Origin: Marmoricola sp. | Lineage (GTDB): Bacteria; Actinomycetota; Actinomycetes; Propionibacteriales; Nocardioidaceae | Assembly (NCBI GenBank): GCA_035708765.1 | Contig: DASTFI010000017.1 | Location: forward strand, 607-64,606 | Direction of reading: 5' to 3' | Length of the DNA: 64,000 nucleotides | Position numbers and translations under genes: made by a program | Shown: positions 48,990 to 59,340 of the stretch, piece by piece | Position numbering within the stretch: the stretch's first letter is position 1 | Layout of the letters: each line of letters starts with the position of its first letter | The notes under the pieces: generated by a model | Databases searched by the model: none | The model's input: the letters and a program-made list of their open reading frames with translations, nothing else | Told to the model about the DNA's origin: nothing

Positions 48990-50285
48990 TCAGGCCGGTC
49001 CGACGAGCGCCAACGTCTCCGGGCGGGCGAAGATGTCGCCGGCGAGTCGCCGTACGTCGTCGAGGGTGACCGCGTCGATCCGGTCGAGCACCTCGTCGAG
49101 CGAGAGCAGCCGGTCCTGGAAGAGCTCCACCTCACCGAGGCGGGTCATCCGGGAGCCGGTGTCCTCGAGCGAGAGCACCAGTCCCCCGCGCAGCTGGCCC
49201 TTGCCGCGCGCGAGCTCCTCCTCGGTGATGCCGTGGCTGGCCACCTTGGCCAGCTCGTGGCGCACCACCTCGAGCACCTCTCCCGACTTCGACGGCAGCG
49301 AGCCGACCGAGACGCCGACCATGCCGGCGTCGGAGTAGCTGGAGGCGAAGGAGTAGACCGAGTAGGCCAGCCCGCGCTGCTCGCGCACCTCCTGGAACAG
49401 CCGCGACGACGAGCCGCCGCCCAGGGCTGCGTTGAGCGCACCGAGGGCGTAGCGCCGGGGGTCGCTGCGGACCATGCCGCGCATGCCCAGGACCAGGTTG
49501 ACCTGCTCGAACGGGCGCGCCGCCCGCGCCTCGCCGGGCCGGGTGGGCCGGGGGCGTTCGCGCAGCCGCGGCGGCGCCGGGGTCGCCCCGGTGTCGAGGA
49601 AGCCGGAGCGGGAGAACGCCTTGCGCACCAGCCGCACCACCTGGGCGTGCTGGACGTTGCCCGCCACGGCGACCGTCATCGCCTCGGGCCGGTAGCGCGT
49701 GCGGTAGTACCGCCGGACCTGGTCCCGCGTGAGCGCCTTGATCGAGTCGGTCGTCCCGGCGATCGGCCGGGCCAGGGAGGTGCCCGCCCAGGCCGTGGCG
49801 GCGAAGAGGTTGTGCACCACGTCGTCGGGATCGTCGTCGTGCATGGCGATCTCGTCGAGGATGACCTCGCGCTCGGCCTCCATGTCGGCACCGGTGATCA
49901 CCGAGCTGGTCAGCATGTCGCCGAGCACGTCGACGGCCAGGGGCAGGTCCTGGTCGAGCACGCGTGCGTGGTAGCAGGTGTACTCCTTGGAGGTGTAGGC
50001 GTTGAACTCGCCGCCGACCTCGTCGAGCGCGACCGAGATGTCCAGCGCCGACCGCTCCGGGGTGCCCTTGAAGAGCAGGTGCTCGAGGAAGTGCGAGGCG
50101 CCGTTGAGGCGCGCGGACTCGTCGCGGGAACCCACTCCCACGAAGATCCCGACGGCTGCGGAGCGCACCGTGGGCACCTGCTCGGTGACCACCCGGAGGC
50201 CACCGGCCAGGACGGTACGGCGAACGCCGGGGATCAGCGTCCTGCTGGTCCCCGGCGTCTGCTCTGCTGCGAGAAGCGGTGTCAC
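48990..50285 (-). CDS. M16 family zinc peptidase (PepR-like)
   Basis: Inverted zinc motif [18 protein letters not shown] and [14 protein letters not shown]. Follows pnp. Confidence 0.92.
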   Translation of the reverse strand: MTPLLAAEQTPGTSRTLIPGVRRTVLAGGLRVVTEQVPTVRSAAVGIFVGVGSRDESARLNGASHFLEHLLFKGTPERSALDISVALDEVGGEFNAYTSKEYTCYHARVLDQDLPLAVDVLGDMLTSSVITGADMEAEREVILDEIAMHDDDPDDVVHNLFAATAWAGTSLARPIAGTTDSIKALTRDQVRRYYRTRYRPEAMTVAVAGNVQHAQVVRLVRKAFSRSGFLDTGATPAPPRLRERPRPTRPGEARAARPFEQVNLVLGMRGMVRSDPRRYALGALNAALGGGSSSRLFQEVREQRGLAYSVYSFASSYSDAGMVGVSVGSLPSKSGEVLEVVRHELAKVASHGITEEELARGKGQLRGGLVLSLEDTGSRMTRLGEVELFQDRLLSLDEVLDRIDAVTLDDVRRLAGDIFARPETLALVGPA

Positions 50286-52504
50286 TCGGAGTCGGAACCG
50301 TCCTCGGACGAGTCCTCGCCCTCCTCGACAACCGGGACCAGCGACAGCTTGCCGCGGTCGTCGATCTCGCCGATCTCGACCTGGATCTTCTGGCCGACCT
50401 CGACGACGTCCTCGACGTTCTCGACCCGCTTGCCGCCGGCAAGGGCACGCAGCTTGCTGATGTGCAGCAGGCCGTCCTTGCCCGGCAGCAGGGAGACGAA
50501 CGCACCGAAGTTCGTCGTCTTCACCACGGTGCCGAGGTAGCGCTCGCCGACCTCGGGCATCGTCGGGTTCGCGATCGCGTTGACCGCGGACCGCGCCGCC
50601 TCGGCGGCCTCGCCGTTGGTGGCACCGATGTAGACGGTGCCGTCGTCCTCGATCGACAGGCTCGCGCCGGTGTCGTCCTGGATCTGGTTGATCACCTTGC
50701 CCTTGGGGCCGATGACCTCGCCGATCTTGTCCACCGGCACCTTGACGGTGATGATCCGCGGCGCGTGCACGGACATCTCCTCCGGAGCGTCGATGGCCTC
50801 GGCCATCACGTCGAGGATCGCGAGCCGGGCGTCGCGCGCCTGGGTGAGCGCCGCGGCGAGCACCTCGGCCGGGATGCCGTCGAGCTTCGTGTCGAGCTGC
50901 AGCGCGGTCACGAACTCACGGGTGCCGGCGACCTTGAAGTCCATGTCGCCGAAGGCGTCCTCGGCACCGAGGATGTCGGTGAGGGCGACGTACTCGGTCG
51001 TGCCGTCGACCTCGCCCGAGATGAGGCCCATCGCGATGCCCGCGACCGGCGCCTTGAGCGGCACGCCGGCCTGCAGCAGCGACAACGTCGAGGCGCAGAC
51101 CGAGCCCATCGAGGTGGACCCGTTGGAGCCCATCGCCTCCGACAGCTGGCGGATCGCGTAGGGGAACTCCTCGCGGCTGGGCAGCACCGGCAGCACTGCC
51201 CGGCGGGCCAGCGCACCGTGGCCGACCTCGCGACGCTTCGGGGAGCCCACCCGACCGGTCTCACCGGTCGAGAACGGCGGGAAGACGTACTTGTGCATGT
51301 AGCGGCGCGACTTCTCCGGGGACAGCGTGTCGAGCTGCTGCTCCATCTTGAGCATGTTGAGCGTGGTGACGCCCAGGATCTGCGTCTCGCCCCGCTCGAA
51401 CAGCGCCGAGCCGTGCACCCTCGGGATCACCCCGACCTCGGCGGACAGGGTGCGGATGTCGGTCAGGCCGCGCCCGTCCATGCGGATCTTGTCGCGCAGG
51501 ACGCGCTCGCGCACCAGCGACTTCTGCAGGGACCGGTACGCCGCACCGATCTCCTTCTCGCGGCCCTCGAAGTCACCGCCGATCCGGTCGAGCAGGTCGG
51601 CCTTGATGTCGTCGAGGCGGTCCTGGCGCTCGTGCTTGCCGGCGATGGTCAGGGCCTGGGCGAGCTGGTCGCGCACGGCTGCCTCGACGGCGGCGTAGGC
51701 GTCGTCCTCGTAGTCGAGGAAGATCGGGAACTCCTCGACCGGCTTCGCGGCCTGCTTGGCGAGCTCGACCTGGGCCTCGCACAGCTGCTTGATGAACGGC
51801 TTGGCCGCGTCGAGGCCGCTGGCCACGATCTCCTCGCTGGGGGCCTGCGTGCCCGACTGCACCAGCTCCCAGGTCTGCTCGGTCGCCTCGGCCTCGACCA
51901 TCATGATGGCGACGTCGCCGGTGTCGGTGATCCGACCGGCCACGACCATGTCGAAGACGGCGTTCTCGAGCTGGCTGTGGCTGGGGAAGGCCACCCACTG
52001 TCCCTCGATGAGGGCGACGCGAGTGCCGCCGACCGGGCCGGAGAACGGCAGGCCGGAGAGCTGCGTCGACGCCGACGCGGCGTTGATCGCCAGTACGTCG
52101 TAGGGCTGGTCGGGGTCGAGCGCGAGGACGGTGATGACGACCTGGACCTCGTTGCGCAGGCCCTTCTTGAAGGTCGGCCGCAGCGGGCGGTCGATCAGCC
52201 GGCAGGTGAGGATGGCCTCCTCGCCGGGACGGCCCTCGCTGCGGAAGAACGAGCCGGGGATCTGGCCCACGGCGTACATCCGCTCCTCGACGTCGATCGT
52301 CAGGGGGAAGAAGTCGAAGTGGTCCTTGGGCTGCTTGCCGGCGGTGGTCGCCGAGAGCAGCATGGTCTCGTCATCGAGGTAGGCGGTCACGGATCCGGCC
52401 GCCTGGCGGGCCAGCAGCCCGGTCTCGAACTTGACGGTGCGGGTGCCGAACTTGCCGTTGTCGAGCACGGTCTCCACGGCGGAGACGACGGGTCCCTCAG
52501 TCAC
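50282..52504 (-). CDS. pnp: Polyribonucleotide nucleotidyltransferase
   Basis: [23 protein letters not shown] and GDMDFKVAG motifs, KH and S1 domains. Start set at GTG 52504. Confidence 0.96.
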   Translation of the reverse strand: MTEGPVVSAVETVLDNGKFGTRTVKFETGLLARQAAGSVTAYLDDETMLLSATTAGKQPKDHFDFFPLTIDVEERMYAVGQIPGSFFRSEGRPGEEAILTCRLIDRPLRPTFKKGLRNEVQVVITVLALDPDQPYDVLAINAASASTQLSGLPFSGPVGGTRVALIEGQWVAFPSHSQLENAVFDMVVAGRITDTGDVAIMMVEAEATEQTWELVQSGTQAPSEEIVASGLDAAKPFIKQLCEAQVELAKQAAKPVEEFPIFLDYEDDAYAAVEAAVRDQLAQALTIAGKHERQDRLDDIKADLLDRIGGDFEGREKEIGAAYRSLQKSLVRERVLRDKIRMDGRGLTDIRTLSAEVGVIPRVHGSALFERGETQILGVTTLNMLKMEQQLDTLSPEKSRRYMHKYVFPPFSTGETGRVGSPKRREVGHGALARRAVLPVLPSREEFPYAIRQLSEAMGSNGSTSMGSVCASTLSLLQAGVPLKAPVAGIAMGLISGEVDGTTEYVALTDILGAEDAFGDMDFKVAGTREFVTALQLDTKLDGIPAEVLAAALTQARDARLAILDVMAEAIDAPEEMSVHAPRIITVKVPVDKIGEVIGPKGKVINQIQDDTGASLSIEDDGTVYIGATNGEAAEAARSAVNAIANPTMPEVGERYLGTVVKTTNFGAFVSLLPGKDGLLHISKLRALAGGKRVENVEDVVEVGQKIQVEIGEIDDRGKLSLVPVVEEGEDSSEDGSDSE

Positions 52505-52568
52505 AGGGATCCCCTTTCTGTTCGCGGAGCGATCCGCGTCGGCGCCTGCGGCGCTCGGGCCTGCATGG

Positions 52569-52650
52569 AGGCCGGTCTTCGATCGAGGCCCGCGGGGCAC
52601 TCGGCGGTGGTGCTGCCGAAACCCGAAGGCCACTACCGAGGACCGGGCCT
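52569..52650 (-). ncRNA. Actinobacterial pnp leader stem-loop (Actino-pnp-like, probable RNase III site)
   Basis: Minus strand AGGCCCGGTCCTCGGTAGTGGCC...GGCCTCGATCGAAGACCGGCCT forms a long imperfect stem in the rpsO-pnp intergenic region. Confidence 0.7.
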
Positions 52651-52721
52651 GACGTCTGCAGACCGCTCCTGGTGTTGGGGTGGGGTGTTCAGTTGTCTGT
52701 CGGATGTCCTGCGCACTTGCA

Positions 52722-52756
52722 CGACACCCCGGATGCTAGCCGCATCCGGGGTGTCG
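52722..52756 (-). terminator. rpsO terminator hairpin
   Basis: Perfect 15-bp inverted repeat CGACACCCCGGATGC / GCATCCGGGGTGTCG just after the rpsO stop. Confidence 0.85.
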
Positions 52757-52764
52757 ACGGAAAG

Positions 52765-53040
52765 TCAGCGACGCAGGCCGAGGCGCTGCACGATCGAGCG
52801 GTAGCGCTCGATCTCGGACTTCTCCAGGTAGTTGAGGAGACGCCGGCGCTGGCCGACGAGGAGGAGCAGACCACGACGGCTGTGGTGGTCGTGCTTGTGC
52901 TCCTTGAGGTGCTCGGTCAGGTGCGAGATGCGGTGCGACAGCAGCGCGATCTGCACCTCGGGGGAGCCGGTGTCGCCCTCAGCGGTGGCGTACTCGGCGA
53001 TGATCTGCTTCTTGGTCTCAGCGTCGGTACCGATCGACAC
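52765..53040 (-). CDS. rpsO: 30S ribosomal protein S15
   Basis: [13 protein letters not shown] and [10 protein letters not shown] motifs. Confidence 0.97.
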   Translation of the reverse strand: MSIGTDAETKKQIIAEYATAEGDTGSPEVQIALLSHRISHLTEHLKEHKHDHHSRRGLLLLVGQRRRLLNYLEKSEIERYRSIVQRLGLRR

Positions 53041-53170
53041 GTGAGCTCCCTTCCTCTTCGTTGTTGCGCGGCGCGCCGGGGCCTGTTCACCCGGGCACTC
53101 TCGATCCGCGGCCGTTGCACGGCATGTCGCCGACACCCGGGCGGACCCGGTCCGACAACCACCCAAGGCT
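53041..53170 (-). promoter_or_regulatory. rpsO promoter and structured 5' leader (possible S15 autoregulatory RNA)
   Basis: TAGCCT -10 (53170-53165) followed by an about 120-nt GC-rich leader with nested stems (CCGCG/CGCGG, CCCGG/CCGGG). Confidence 0.45.
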
Positions 53171-53204
53171 ACCAGCGGGCGCAGGCTTCCGGCGAATCGG
53201 AGCG

Positions 53205-53465
53205 TCAGGGCCGCGGAGCCGGCGGGTCCTGCTCGCGGTCGCTCTGCACCACGGTCTGCGAGCCGTCGGAGTGCGTGGTGGTGCGGACCGCCGTGGCCCG
53301 GCGTCGGGCGTTCGTCTGCACCGCGGTGATGACGATGACGACCACCCCGCCGAGGACCAGGATCCAGCCGATCGTCTGCAGGTCGATGCCCTGCACGCCG
53401 GCGTCCACCGCGAGCGCGAGGATCAGTCCGAGCAGCAGCAGGGCGATTCCGAGCCCGTATCCCAT
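53205..53465 (-). CDS. Small 2-TM membrane protein
   Basis: [30 protein letters not shown]...[11 protein letters not shown]. Confidence 0.8.
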   Translation of the reverse strand: MGYGLGIALLLLGLILALAVDAGVQGIDLQTIGWILVLGGVVVIVITAVQTNARRRATAVRTTTHSDGSQTVVQSDREQDPPAPRP

Positions 53466-53533
53466 GTTCTGCGCCTCCTTGTCCGGCGGTCCGGGGGGAC
53501 CGCGTCGCCTCGAGGCTAGACGATCCGGACGGC

Positions 53534-53559
53534 GTTTCGGTCGCCGCACGCACGGGTAC
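53534..53559 (+). promoter_or_regulatory. SigF/SigB-like general-stress promoter GTTT-N16-GGGTA
   Basis: GTTT (53534-53537) and GGGTAC (53554-53559), ATG at 53569. Confidence 0.6.
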
Positions 53560-53568
53560 GGCGCTGTC

Positions 53569-53922
53569 ATGAGCCTCTCACCCGACGAACCGACCGACAC
53601 CACGCCCGAGGAGGGCAGCACGCTGGTCCCCGAGGAGCTGCAGCCGGACAGCCAGGGGCTGACCCCGGAGGAAGCTGACGAGGGTCCCGCCGGCCAGGGC
53701 GACATGGACGCGACCGCGTATGCCGAGGAGCTCGAGCAGGAACGCCTCGACGAGGGCAGCGGCCATCCCGAGCAGTCACTGGCCGACGGCTCCCCGACCG
53801 AGGAGGGCTTCGCCGGCGAGGACGAGGGCGGTCCTACGGAACAGGGCTACGGCGAGACCGGCCTGCAGTCGGAGTACGCCGACAACGAGGAGCCGGACTA
53901 CCCCAGCGGCAGCGAGGGCTAG
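53569..53922 (+). CDS. Highly acidic, probably disordered small protein
   Basis: 117 aa, D/E/G/P-rich with almost no basic residues. Preceded by a stress-sigma-like promoter. Confidence 0.7.
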   Translation: MSLSPDEPTDTTPEEGSTLVPEELQPDSQGLTPEEADEGPAGQGDMDATAYAEELEQERLDEGSGHPEQSLADGSPTEEGFAGEDEGGPTEQGYGETGLQSEYADNEEPDYPSGSEG

Positions 53923-54317
53923 TCACTCGCCTCGTCCAGGAAGGGGAACAACGGCGCCAGCCGCTTGACCTCCGAGAGGTGCACCTGCGTCAGCTGGAGC
54001 AGGACCTGCTGCCCGCGCTCGGTCAGTCGCAGCCGCACCCGCCGCTGGTCCTCGGTGTCACGCACCCGCTCCACCATGCCGATGGCCTGGGTGCGGTCGA
54101 CGAGCTCACCGGCGGTGTGGTGCTTGACCAGCAACAGGTCGGCGACGTCGCCGATCGTGGGCCCCTCGGGGTTGTCGAAACCCCGGATGGCGAGCATCAG
54201 CTGGTGCTGGGCATGGGTGAGCCCCCGGGCCTCGGCCTCGGACCTGCTCCACTGGTCGAACTCCCGCAGTCGGGTCCGAAACCTGAGCAGGGCACGGTAG
54301 TCGTCGTCAGTGGCCAC
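53919..54317 (-). CDS. MarR family transcriptional regulator
   Basis: GLT.AQHQLML, ELVDR and DQRRVRLRLTERG motifs. TATCCT -10 6 nt before GTG 54317. Confidence 0.9.
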   Translation of the reverse strand: MATDDDYRALLRFRTRLREFDQWSRSEAEARGLTHAQHQLMLAIRGFDNPEGPTIGDVADLLLVKHHTAGELVDRTQAIGMVERVRDTEDQRRVRLRLTERGQQVLLQLTQVHLSEVKRLAPLFPFLDEASD

Positions 54318-54376
54318 GAGAACAGGATAATATCTCGTGTCGCGATCTTTCACCTCGCCATGCCCGGAGGACCTCC

Positions 54377-56227
54377 TTGAACCCTGCCCGCACCGCTTCC
54401 CGTCCCGCTGCCGCCACCCAGGCCAGCCGGACCGCCGAGCCTCCCGTCAGGGACGTCCGGCACCTCGGCGACTTCACCACGACGCCCCGGATGCTGCTCA
54501 TCACGGCGCTCGCGCTGCCGGTCGGTGCCGTCGCCGCGGTCGCCGCCTGGGCGTTGCTCCGCCTGGTCGGCCTCATCACCAACGCGATCTTCTACCAGCG
54601 CGTGGACGCGTCGCTGGTGGCTCCCGGTGACGGCCACGCGTGGTGGCTGGTGCTGCTCGCGCCGGTCGCCGGCGGGCTCGTCATCGGGCTGATGGCGCGC
54701 TACGGCTCGGAGAAGATCCGCGGCCACGGGATGCCCGAGGCCATCGAGGCGATCCTGCTCGGTGGCAGCAAGGTCGAGCCGCGGGTCGCGGCACTCAAGC
54801 CGGCGTCGTCGGCGATCGCCATCGGCACCGGCGGCCCGTTCGGCGCCGAGGGCCCGATCATCATGACCGGTGGCGCCCTGGGGTCGCTCTTCGCACAGTT
54901 CCTGCACCTGACGGCCGACGAGCGCAAGACACTGCTCGTGGCCGGTTCCGCGGCCGGTATGGCGGCGACGTTCAACTCCCCGCTCGCCGCCATCGTCCTG
55001 GCCGCCGAGCTGCTGCTCTTCGAGTGGCGGCCGCGCAGCCTGGTCCCGGTCACCGGCGCCGTCTGCGTGGCCACGATCCTGCGTGCTCCCCTGCTCGGCG
55101 GCGACCCGGTCTTCCCCGCCGACCTGCCGCTGCACCTGACCACCACGACGTACCTGCTCTGCGTCGTCTCCGGTGTCGTCTCCGCGGTCCTGGCGGTCAT
55201 CGCGACCGTGCTCGTCTACGCCTCCGAGGACGCCTTCCGGCGGTTGCCGATCCACTGGATGTGGTGGCCGGCGATCGGCGGGCTCATCATCGGCATCGGC
55301 GGCCTGTTCGTCCCGCAGGCGCTCGGCGTGGGGTACGACGTGATCGACGCCGAGCTCACCGGCCAGATCAGCATCGGGCTGGTGGCCGGCATCCTCGTGG
55401 TCAAGACCTTGATCTGGTCGCTCTCCCTCGGCTCGGGCACGTCCGGCGGCGTACTCGCCCCGATGTTCATGATCGGCGGTGCCCTCGGGTCGCTGGAGGC
55501 ACAGGTCTTCCCCGACGCCGGTGCCGGGTTCTGGGCGCTGGTCGCGCTCGCGGGCGTGCTCGGCGGTGTGATGCGCTCGCCGTTCACCGGCATCATCTTC
55601 GCCCTCGAGCTCACCCACCGGTGGGACGCGCTGCTGCCCCTGGTGATCTCGGCGATGACCGCGTGTGCGGTCTCGGTGCTGGTGCTCAAGCGCTCGGTGC
55701 TGACCGAGAAGATCGCCCGGCGCGGCTACCACCTCACCCGGGAGTACGACGTGGACCCGCTGGAGATCCTGTTCGTCAGCGAGGTGATGTCCAGCGACGT
55801 CGTGGAGTTCACCCCGGACCTCCCGGTCAGCGACGCCCGAGCCGTCCTCGACGACCCTGCCGACGGGTACGCCGCCTGGCGGCAGTCCCTCTACCCGGTG
55901 GTGGACGCCGAGGGCCGGATCGCCGGCGTCGTCACCCGCGGCGATCTGCTGGGTGCTGGGCCGGACGGTGGACCCGGGGACACCCTGGCCGAGCTGGTCC
56001 ACCCGGACCCGGTCGTCACCCACGGCGACCAGACCCTGCGCCACGTGGCCGAGGTGATGGCCGTCAACGACGTGACCACGATGCCGGTGGTGGACCGTGA
56101 CGATCCCGGGCGCGCGATCGGTGTCGTGTCGCTCCCGCAACTGCTGGCGGGCCGCCAGCGCGACCAGCAGGAGGCACGGGACCGCGAGCGGCTGCTCCGG
56201 ATCAGGCTGGTGCGCCCGCGGTCGTGA
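54377..56227 (+). CDS. ClC family chloride channel/antiporter with tandem CBS domains
   Basis: GHGMPE, GAEGP, FNSP, GVGY and GGVLAP ClC motifs, C-terminal CBS pair. Confidence 0.9.
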   Translation: MNPARTASRPAAATQASRTAEPPVRDVRHLGDFTTTPRMLLITALALPVGAVAAVAAWALLRLVGLITNAIFYQRVDASLVAPGDGHAWWLVLLAPVAGGLVIGLMARYGSEKIRGHGMPEAIEAILLGGSKVEPRVAALKPASSAIAIGTGGPFGAEGPIIMTGGALGSLFAQFLHLTADERKTLLVAGSAAGMAATFNSPLAAIVLAAELLLFEWRPRSLVPVTGAVCVATILRAPLLGGDPVFPADLPLHLTTTTYLLCVVSGVVSAVLAVIATVLVYASEDAFRRLPIHWMWWPAIGGLIIGIGGLFVPQALGVGYDVIDAELTGQISIGLVAGILVVKTLIWSLSLGSGTSGGVLAPMFMIGGALGSLEAQVFPDAGAGFWALVALAGVLGGVMRSPFTGIIFALELTHRWDALLPLVISAMTACAVSVLVLKRSVLTEKIARRGYHLTREYDVDPLEILFVSEVMSSDVVEFTPDLPVSDARAVLDDPADGYAAWRQSLYPVVDAEGRIAGVVTRGDLLGAGPDGGPGDTLAELVHPDPVVTHGDQTLRHVAEVMAVNDVTTMPVVDRDDPGRAIGVVSLPQLLAGRQRDQQEARDRERLLRIRLVRPRS

Positions 56228-56245
56228 CGGCGTAGCGTGACCGCC

Positions 56246-56650
56246 ATGGCGACAGTCAGCGTCCGCTACATCGTGGACGACGTCGACGCGGCGATCGCGT
56301 TCTACTGCGGCCGGCTCGGCTTCACCGAGGTGATGCATCCGGCCCCGGCCTTCGCGATGCTCACCCGCGGCGACCTGCGCCTGGCGTTGTCCGCCGCGGG
56401 AGGCGGCCCCGGCGGCGGCCAGGCGATGCCCGACGGCACCGTGCCGACTCCCGGCGGGTGGAACCGCTTCTCCCTGGAGGTCGACGATCTCGAGGGCATG
56501 GTCGCCGAGCTGCACCGGCACGGGGTCGGCTTCCGCAACGAGATCGTGGAGGGCGTCGGCGGCCGGCAGATCCTCGCCGAGGACCCCTCGGGAAATCTCG
56601 TCGAGCTGTTCCAGCCGACCCGTGACGAGGCGAGGCTCGCCCCCGGCTGA
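56246..56650 (+). CDS. VOC/glyoxalase family protein
   Basis: VRYIVDDVDAAIAFY and EDPSGNLVELFQ motifs. Has its own TAGCGT -10. Confidence 0.9.
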   Translation: MATVSVRYIVDDVDAAIAFYCGRLGFTEVMHPAPAFAMLTRGDLRLALSAAGGGPGGGQAMPDGTVPTPGGWNRFSLEVDDLEGMVAELHRHGVGFRNEIVEGVGGRQILAEDPSGNLVELFQPTRDEARLAPG

Positions 56651-56671
56651 GCGTTGCGGACCGGATCGGGC

Positions 56672-57631
56672 TCAGCGGCTGAGGATCTCCCGGACCCTGA
56701 CGACGTCCTGGTGCATCGTCTCGACCAGCCGGTCGACGCCCTCGAAGGCCACCATGCCGCGGATGCGGGCGACGAAGCTGATCTCGACCGGGACGCCGTA
56801 GAGCTCGAGGTCGTCGCGGTCCAGCACGTAGGCCTCCACCCGTCGTTGGCGCTCGCCGGCGAATGTCGGGTTGGTCCCGACACTGATGGCGGCCGGCAGC
56901 GGCTCCTCGTCGGAGGTGGGCTGGCCCGAGCCGGTCGTGGGCAACCGGCGCAGCCACCCGGCGTAGACGCCGTCGGCCGGCACCGAGGCGCGGTCGGCGA
57001 GCACGTTGGCGGTCGGGAAGCCGAGGTCGCGACCGCGCTGGTCGCCGCGCACCACCTCGCCGCGGACGCTGAACGGCCGGCCCAGCGCCTCGGCGGCCCC
57101 CTCGACGTCGCCGGCGGCCAGGCAGGTGCGCACGTACGTCGACGACCAGACTTGTGGGCCGCCCTCCAGGGCGACTCCGTCCACCACGAAGTCGTGCAGC
57201 CTGCCCTGCTCGACCAGGGTCGCGACGTCGCCGGCCGCCTTCGCCCCGAAGCGGAAGTTGGCGCCGACCACCACGACAGCCGCGTGCAGCCGGTCCACCA
57301 GCACACGGGTGACGAAGTCCTCCGGGGACCAGCCCGCGATCTCCCGCGAGAACGGGAGCACCAGCACGTCGTCGACACCGACATCGCCCAGCAGCGCGCA
57401 CCGGGTCGCCACGTCGGTGAGCATGGAGGGAGCGTGCTCAGGTCTCAGCACGGCCATCGGGTGCGGGTCGAACGTCACCGCGACCAGCCGCAGTCCCTGG
57501 GCGTCCGCGAGCTCGCGGGCCCGACCGATGACCAGGCGGTGGCCGCGGTGCACCCCGTCGAAGTTGCCGATGACCACGGCGGTGCGGCCGAGGTCGGCCG
57601 GCACCTCGTCGAAGGTTCGCCACACACGCAC
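56672..57631 (-). CDS. ribF: Bifunctional riboflavin kinase/FAD synthetase
   Basis: IGNFDGVHRGH, SSTYVR, GFPTAN and GTNPTF motifs. Confidence 0.95.
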   Translation of the reverse strand: MRVWRTFDEVPADLGRTAVVIGNFDGVHRGHRLVIGRARELADAQGLRLVAVTFDPHPMAVLRPEHAPSMLTDVATRCALLGDVGVDDVLVLPFSREIAGWSPEDFVTRVLVDRLHAAVVVVGANFRFGAKAAGDVATLVEQGRLHDFVVDGVALEGGPQVWSSTYVRTCLAAGDVEGAAEALGRPFSVRGEVVRGDQRGRDLGFPTANVLADRASVPADGVYAGWLRRLPTTGSGQPTSDEEPLPAAISVGTNPTFAGERQRRVEAYVLDRDDLELYGVPVEISFVARIRGMVAFEGVDRLVETMHQDVVRVREILSR

Positions 57632-57641
57632 GGGCGCCAGA

Positions 57642-57983
57642 CTACTTTCCGGTGCCCGGCCCGCCGTCCGTGGGGACCGGCCGCACCTCCACGACGGCGG
57701 CCACCTCGATGGGTCCGTGGACGTGCGGGAACGTCTCCTCGCCGACCGGCTCGTCGCGCACCGGGGCGCCCAGCCGCGCCGGGTCGATGACGAGCAGGAC
57801 CAGCGGCTCGGTGACGTCGCGGTAGAACCGGTCCCGCACCCCCTCCCACTGGTCCGCCCGCGAGGCGTGGATGAAGCCCTCCTGCTCCAGGGTCCGGCCC
57901 CGCGTGGAGGTCCGGTAGCTGCCGGTGCGACAGGCTTCCGCCCAATCGGTCGCCAACGCCAGGTGGTAGATCGGCTCGGTCAC
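57642..57983 (-). CDS. DUF952 family protein
   Basis: IYHLA, EGFIHAS and FPHVHGP motifs. Confidence 0.85.
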   Translation of the reverse strand: MTEPIYHLALATDWAEACRTGSYRTSTRGRTLEQEGFIHASRADQWEGVRDRFYRDVTEPLVLLVIDPARLGAPVRDEPVGEETFPHVHGPIEVAAVVEVRPVPTDGGPGTGK

Positions 57984-58840
57984 ACGAACACCGCCACCGC
58001 GCGTGCCTGCTCCCCCGCGGCCTCATAGAGGGCCAGGAACTCACCGTCGGGGGCGAAGAGCGCGTGCGGGCCGGCACCGAGGGGGAGGTCGAGCTTGCGC
58101 CCGTGGCGGACGTCCGTGGCCTGCTCCTGGGAGAGCTCCACGGCCGGGAAGCCCAGCCGGGCAGCCTGGGTCAGGTCGATCACGGACAGGTGATCGAGGT
58201 CCTTGTTGGCCTCGGTGAGCGTGAACGGTCCCACGGAGGTACGGCGCAGCGAGGTGAGGTGTCCCCCGACGCCCAGGGCCTCGCCGAGGTCGCGCGCGAT
58301 CGCCCGGACATAGGTGCCGCTGGAGCAGGAAAGGCGCAAGCGGAAGTCCAGGAACGTTCCGTCCCGGCGGAACTCCGCTGCCTCGATGGCGTGGATCACC
58401 ACGGATCGGGCGGCCAGCTGCACCTCAGCGCCCTCTCGGACCAGGTCGTAGGCACGCCGCCCGCCGACCTTGATCGCCGACACGGACGAGGGCACCTGCT
58501 CGATCTCGCCCCGGAAGGCGGCCAGCGCCCCGTGCACGGCAGCCTCGCCGAGGTGCCCGGTGTCGGCGGTGGCCGTCACCTCACCCTCGGCGTCGTCGGT
58601 GCTCGTCGCCGAGCCGAGGCGTACCGTGGCGTCGTAGGCCTTCTCGGTCAGCATCAGGTGGCCGAGCAGCCGGGTGGCGCGTCCGATCCCCAGGACCAGC
58701 ACTCCCGTGGCCATCGGGTCCAGCGTGCCGGCGTGGCCGACCTTGCGGGTGCCGACCGTGCGGCGGACTCGTGCGACGACGTCGTGCGAGGTCATCCCGC
58801 CGGGCTTGTCGACGACGACGAGCCCGGAGGCGGTGGTCAC
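57980..58840 (-). CDS. truB: tRNA pseudouridine(55) synthase
   Basis: [14 protein letters not shown] and SSGTYVR motifs. Confidence 0.95.
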   Translation of the reverse strand: MTTASGLVVVDKPGGMTSHDVVARVRRTVGTRKVGHAGTLDPMATGVLVLGIGRATRLLGHLMLTEKAYDATVRLGSATSTDDAEGEVTATADTGHLGEAAVHGALAAFRGEIEQVPSSVSAIKVGGRRAYDLVREGAEVQLAARSVVIHAIEAAEFRRDGTFLDFRLRLSCSSGTYVRAIARDLGEALGVGGHLTSLRRTSVGPFTLTEANKDLDHLSVIDLTQAARLGFPAVELSQEQATDVRHGRKLDLPLGAGPHALFAPDGEFLALYEAAGEQARAVAVFV

Positions 58841-59325
58841 GCCTCCGGGTCCTCGTCGTGGTCGGTGCCGACCTCGTCCTCGTCCTCGTCGGTGGGGCGA
58901 GGCTTGCGGTACGGGTCCGGCTCTCCGGCGTACGCCGCTCCGCTGGCCGCCGCGGCGACCTCCGCGTCGGACCGGCGCACCTGCTCCAGCAGGTCGTCGA
59001 TCGCCCGCGCGGACTCGGGCAGGGCGTCGTGGATGAACTCCAGCGTGGGCACGTGCCGCATCCCGAGCTGCTTGCCGACCTCGGAGCGGAGCACGCCCTT
59101 GGCCGACTCGAGCGCGGCCGCCGTGCCGGCGAGGTCGGCCTCGCCGTCCTGCTGGTCCAGAGGCATGGCGGTGTAGAACACCGTCGCCTGCTGGGTGTCG
59201 CCGGACACCCGGACGTCGGTGACCGTGACGAAGCCGAGGCGGGGATCCTTGATCCGCCGCTCCAGCATCTCCGCCACGATCACCTTGATCCGGTCGGCGA
59301 TCTTTCGAACGCGTGGAGAACTCAT
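58837..59325 (-). CDS. rbfA: Ribosome-binding factor A
   Basis: [12 protein letters not shown] motif. infB-rbfA-truB synteny. Confidence 0.95.
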   Translation of the reverse strand: MSSPRVRKIADRIKVIVAEMLERRIKDPRLGFVTVTDVRVSGDTQQATVFYTAMPLDQQDGEADLAGTAAALESAKGVLRSEVGKQLGMRHVPTLEFIHDALPESARAIDDLLEQVRRSDAEVAAAASGAAYAGEPDPYRKPRPTDEDEDEVGTDHDEDPEA

Positions 59326-59340
59326 GACATCAGGCCCCCA

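Noticed and set aside
54377-56227. Fluoride exporter (CLC-F) with a fluoride riboswitch
   Set aside because: CLC-F signature motifs are absent and the short upstream region is shared with divergent marR, with no recognisable riboswitch.
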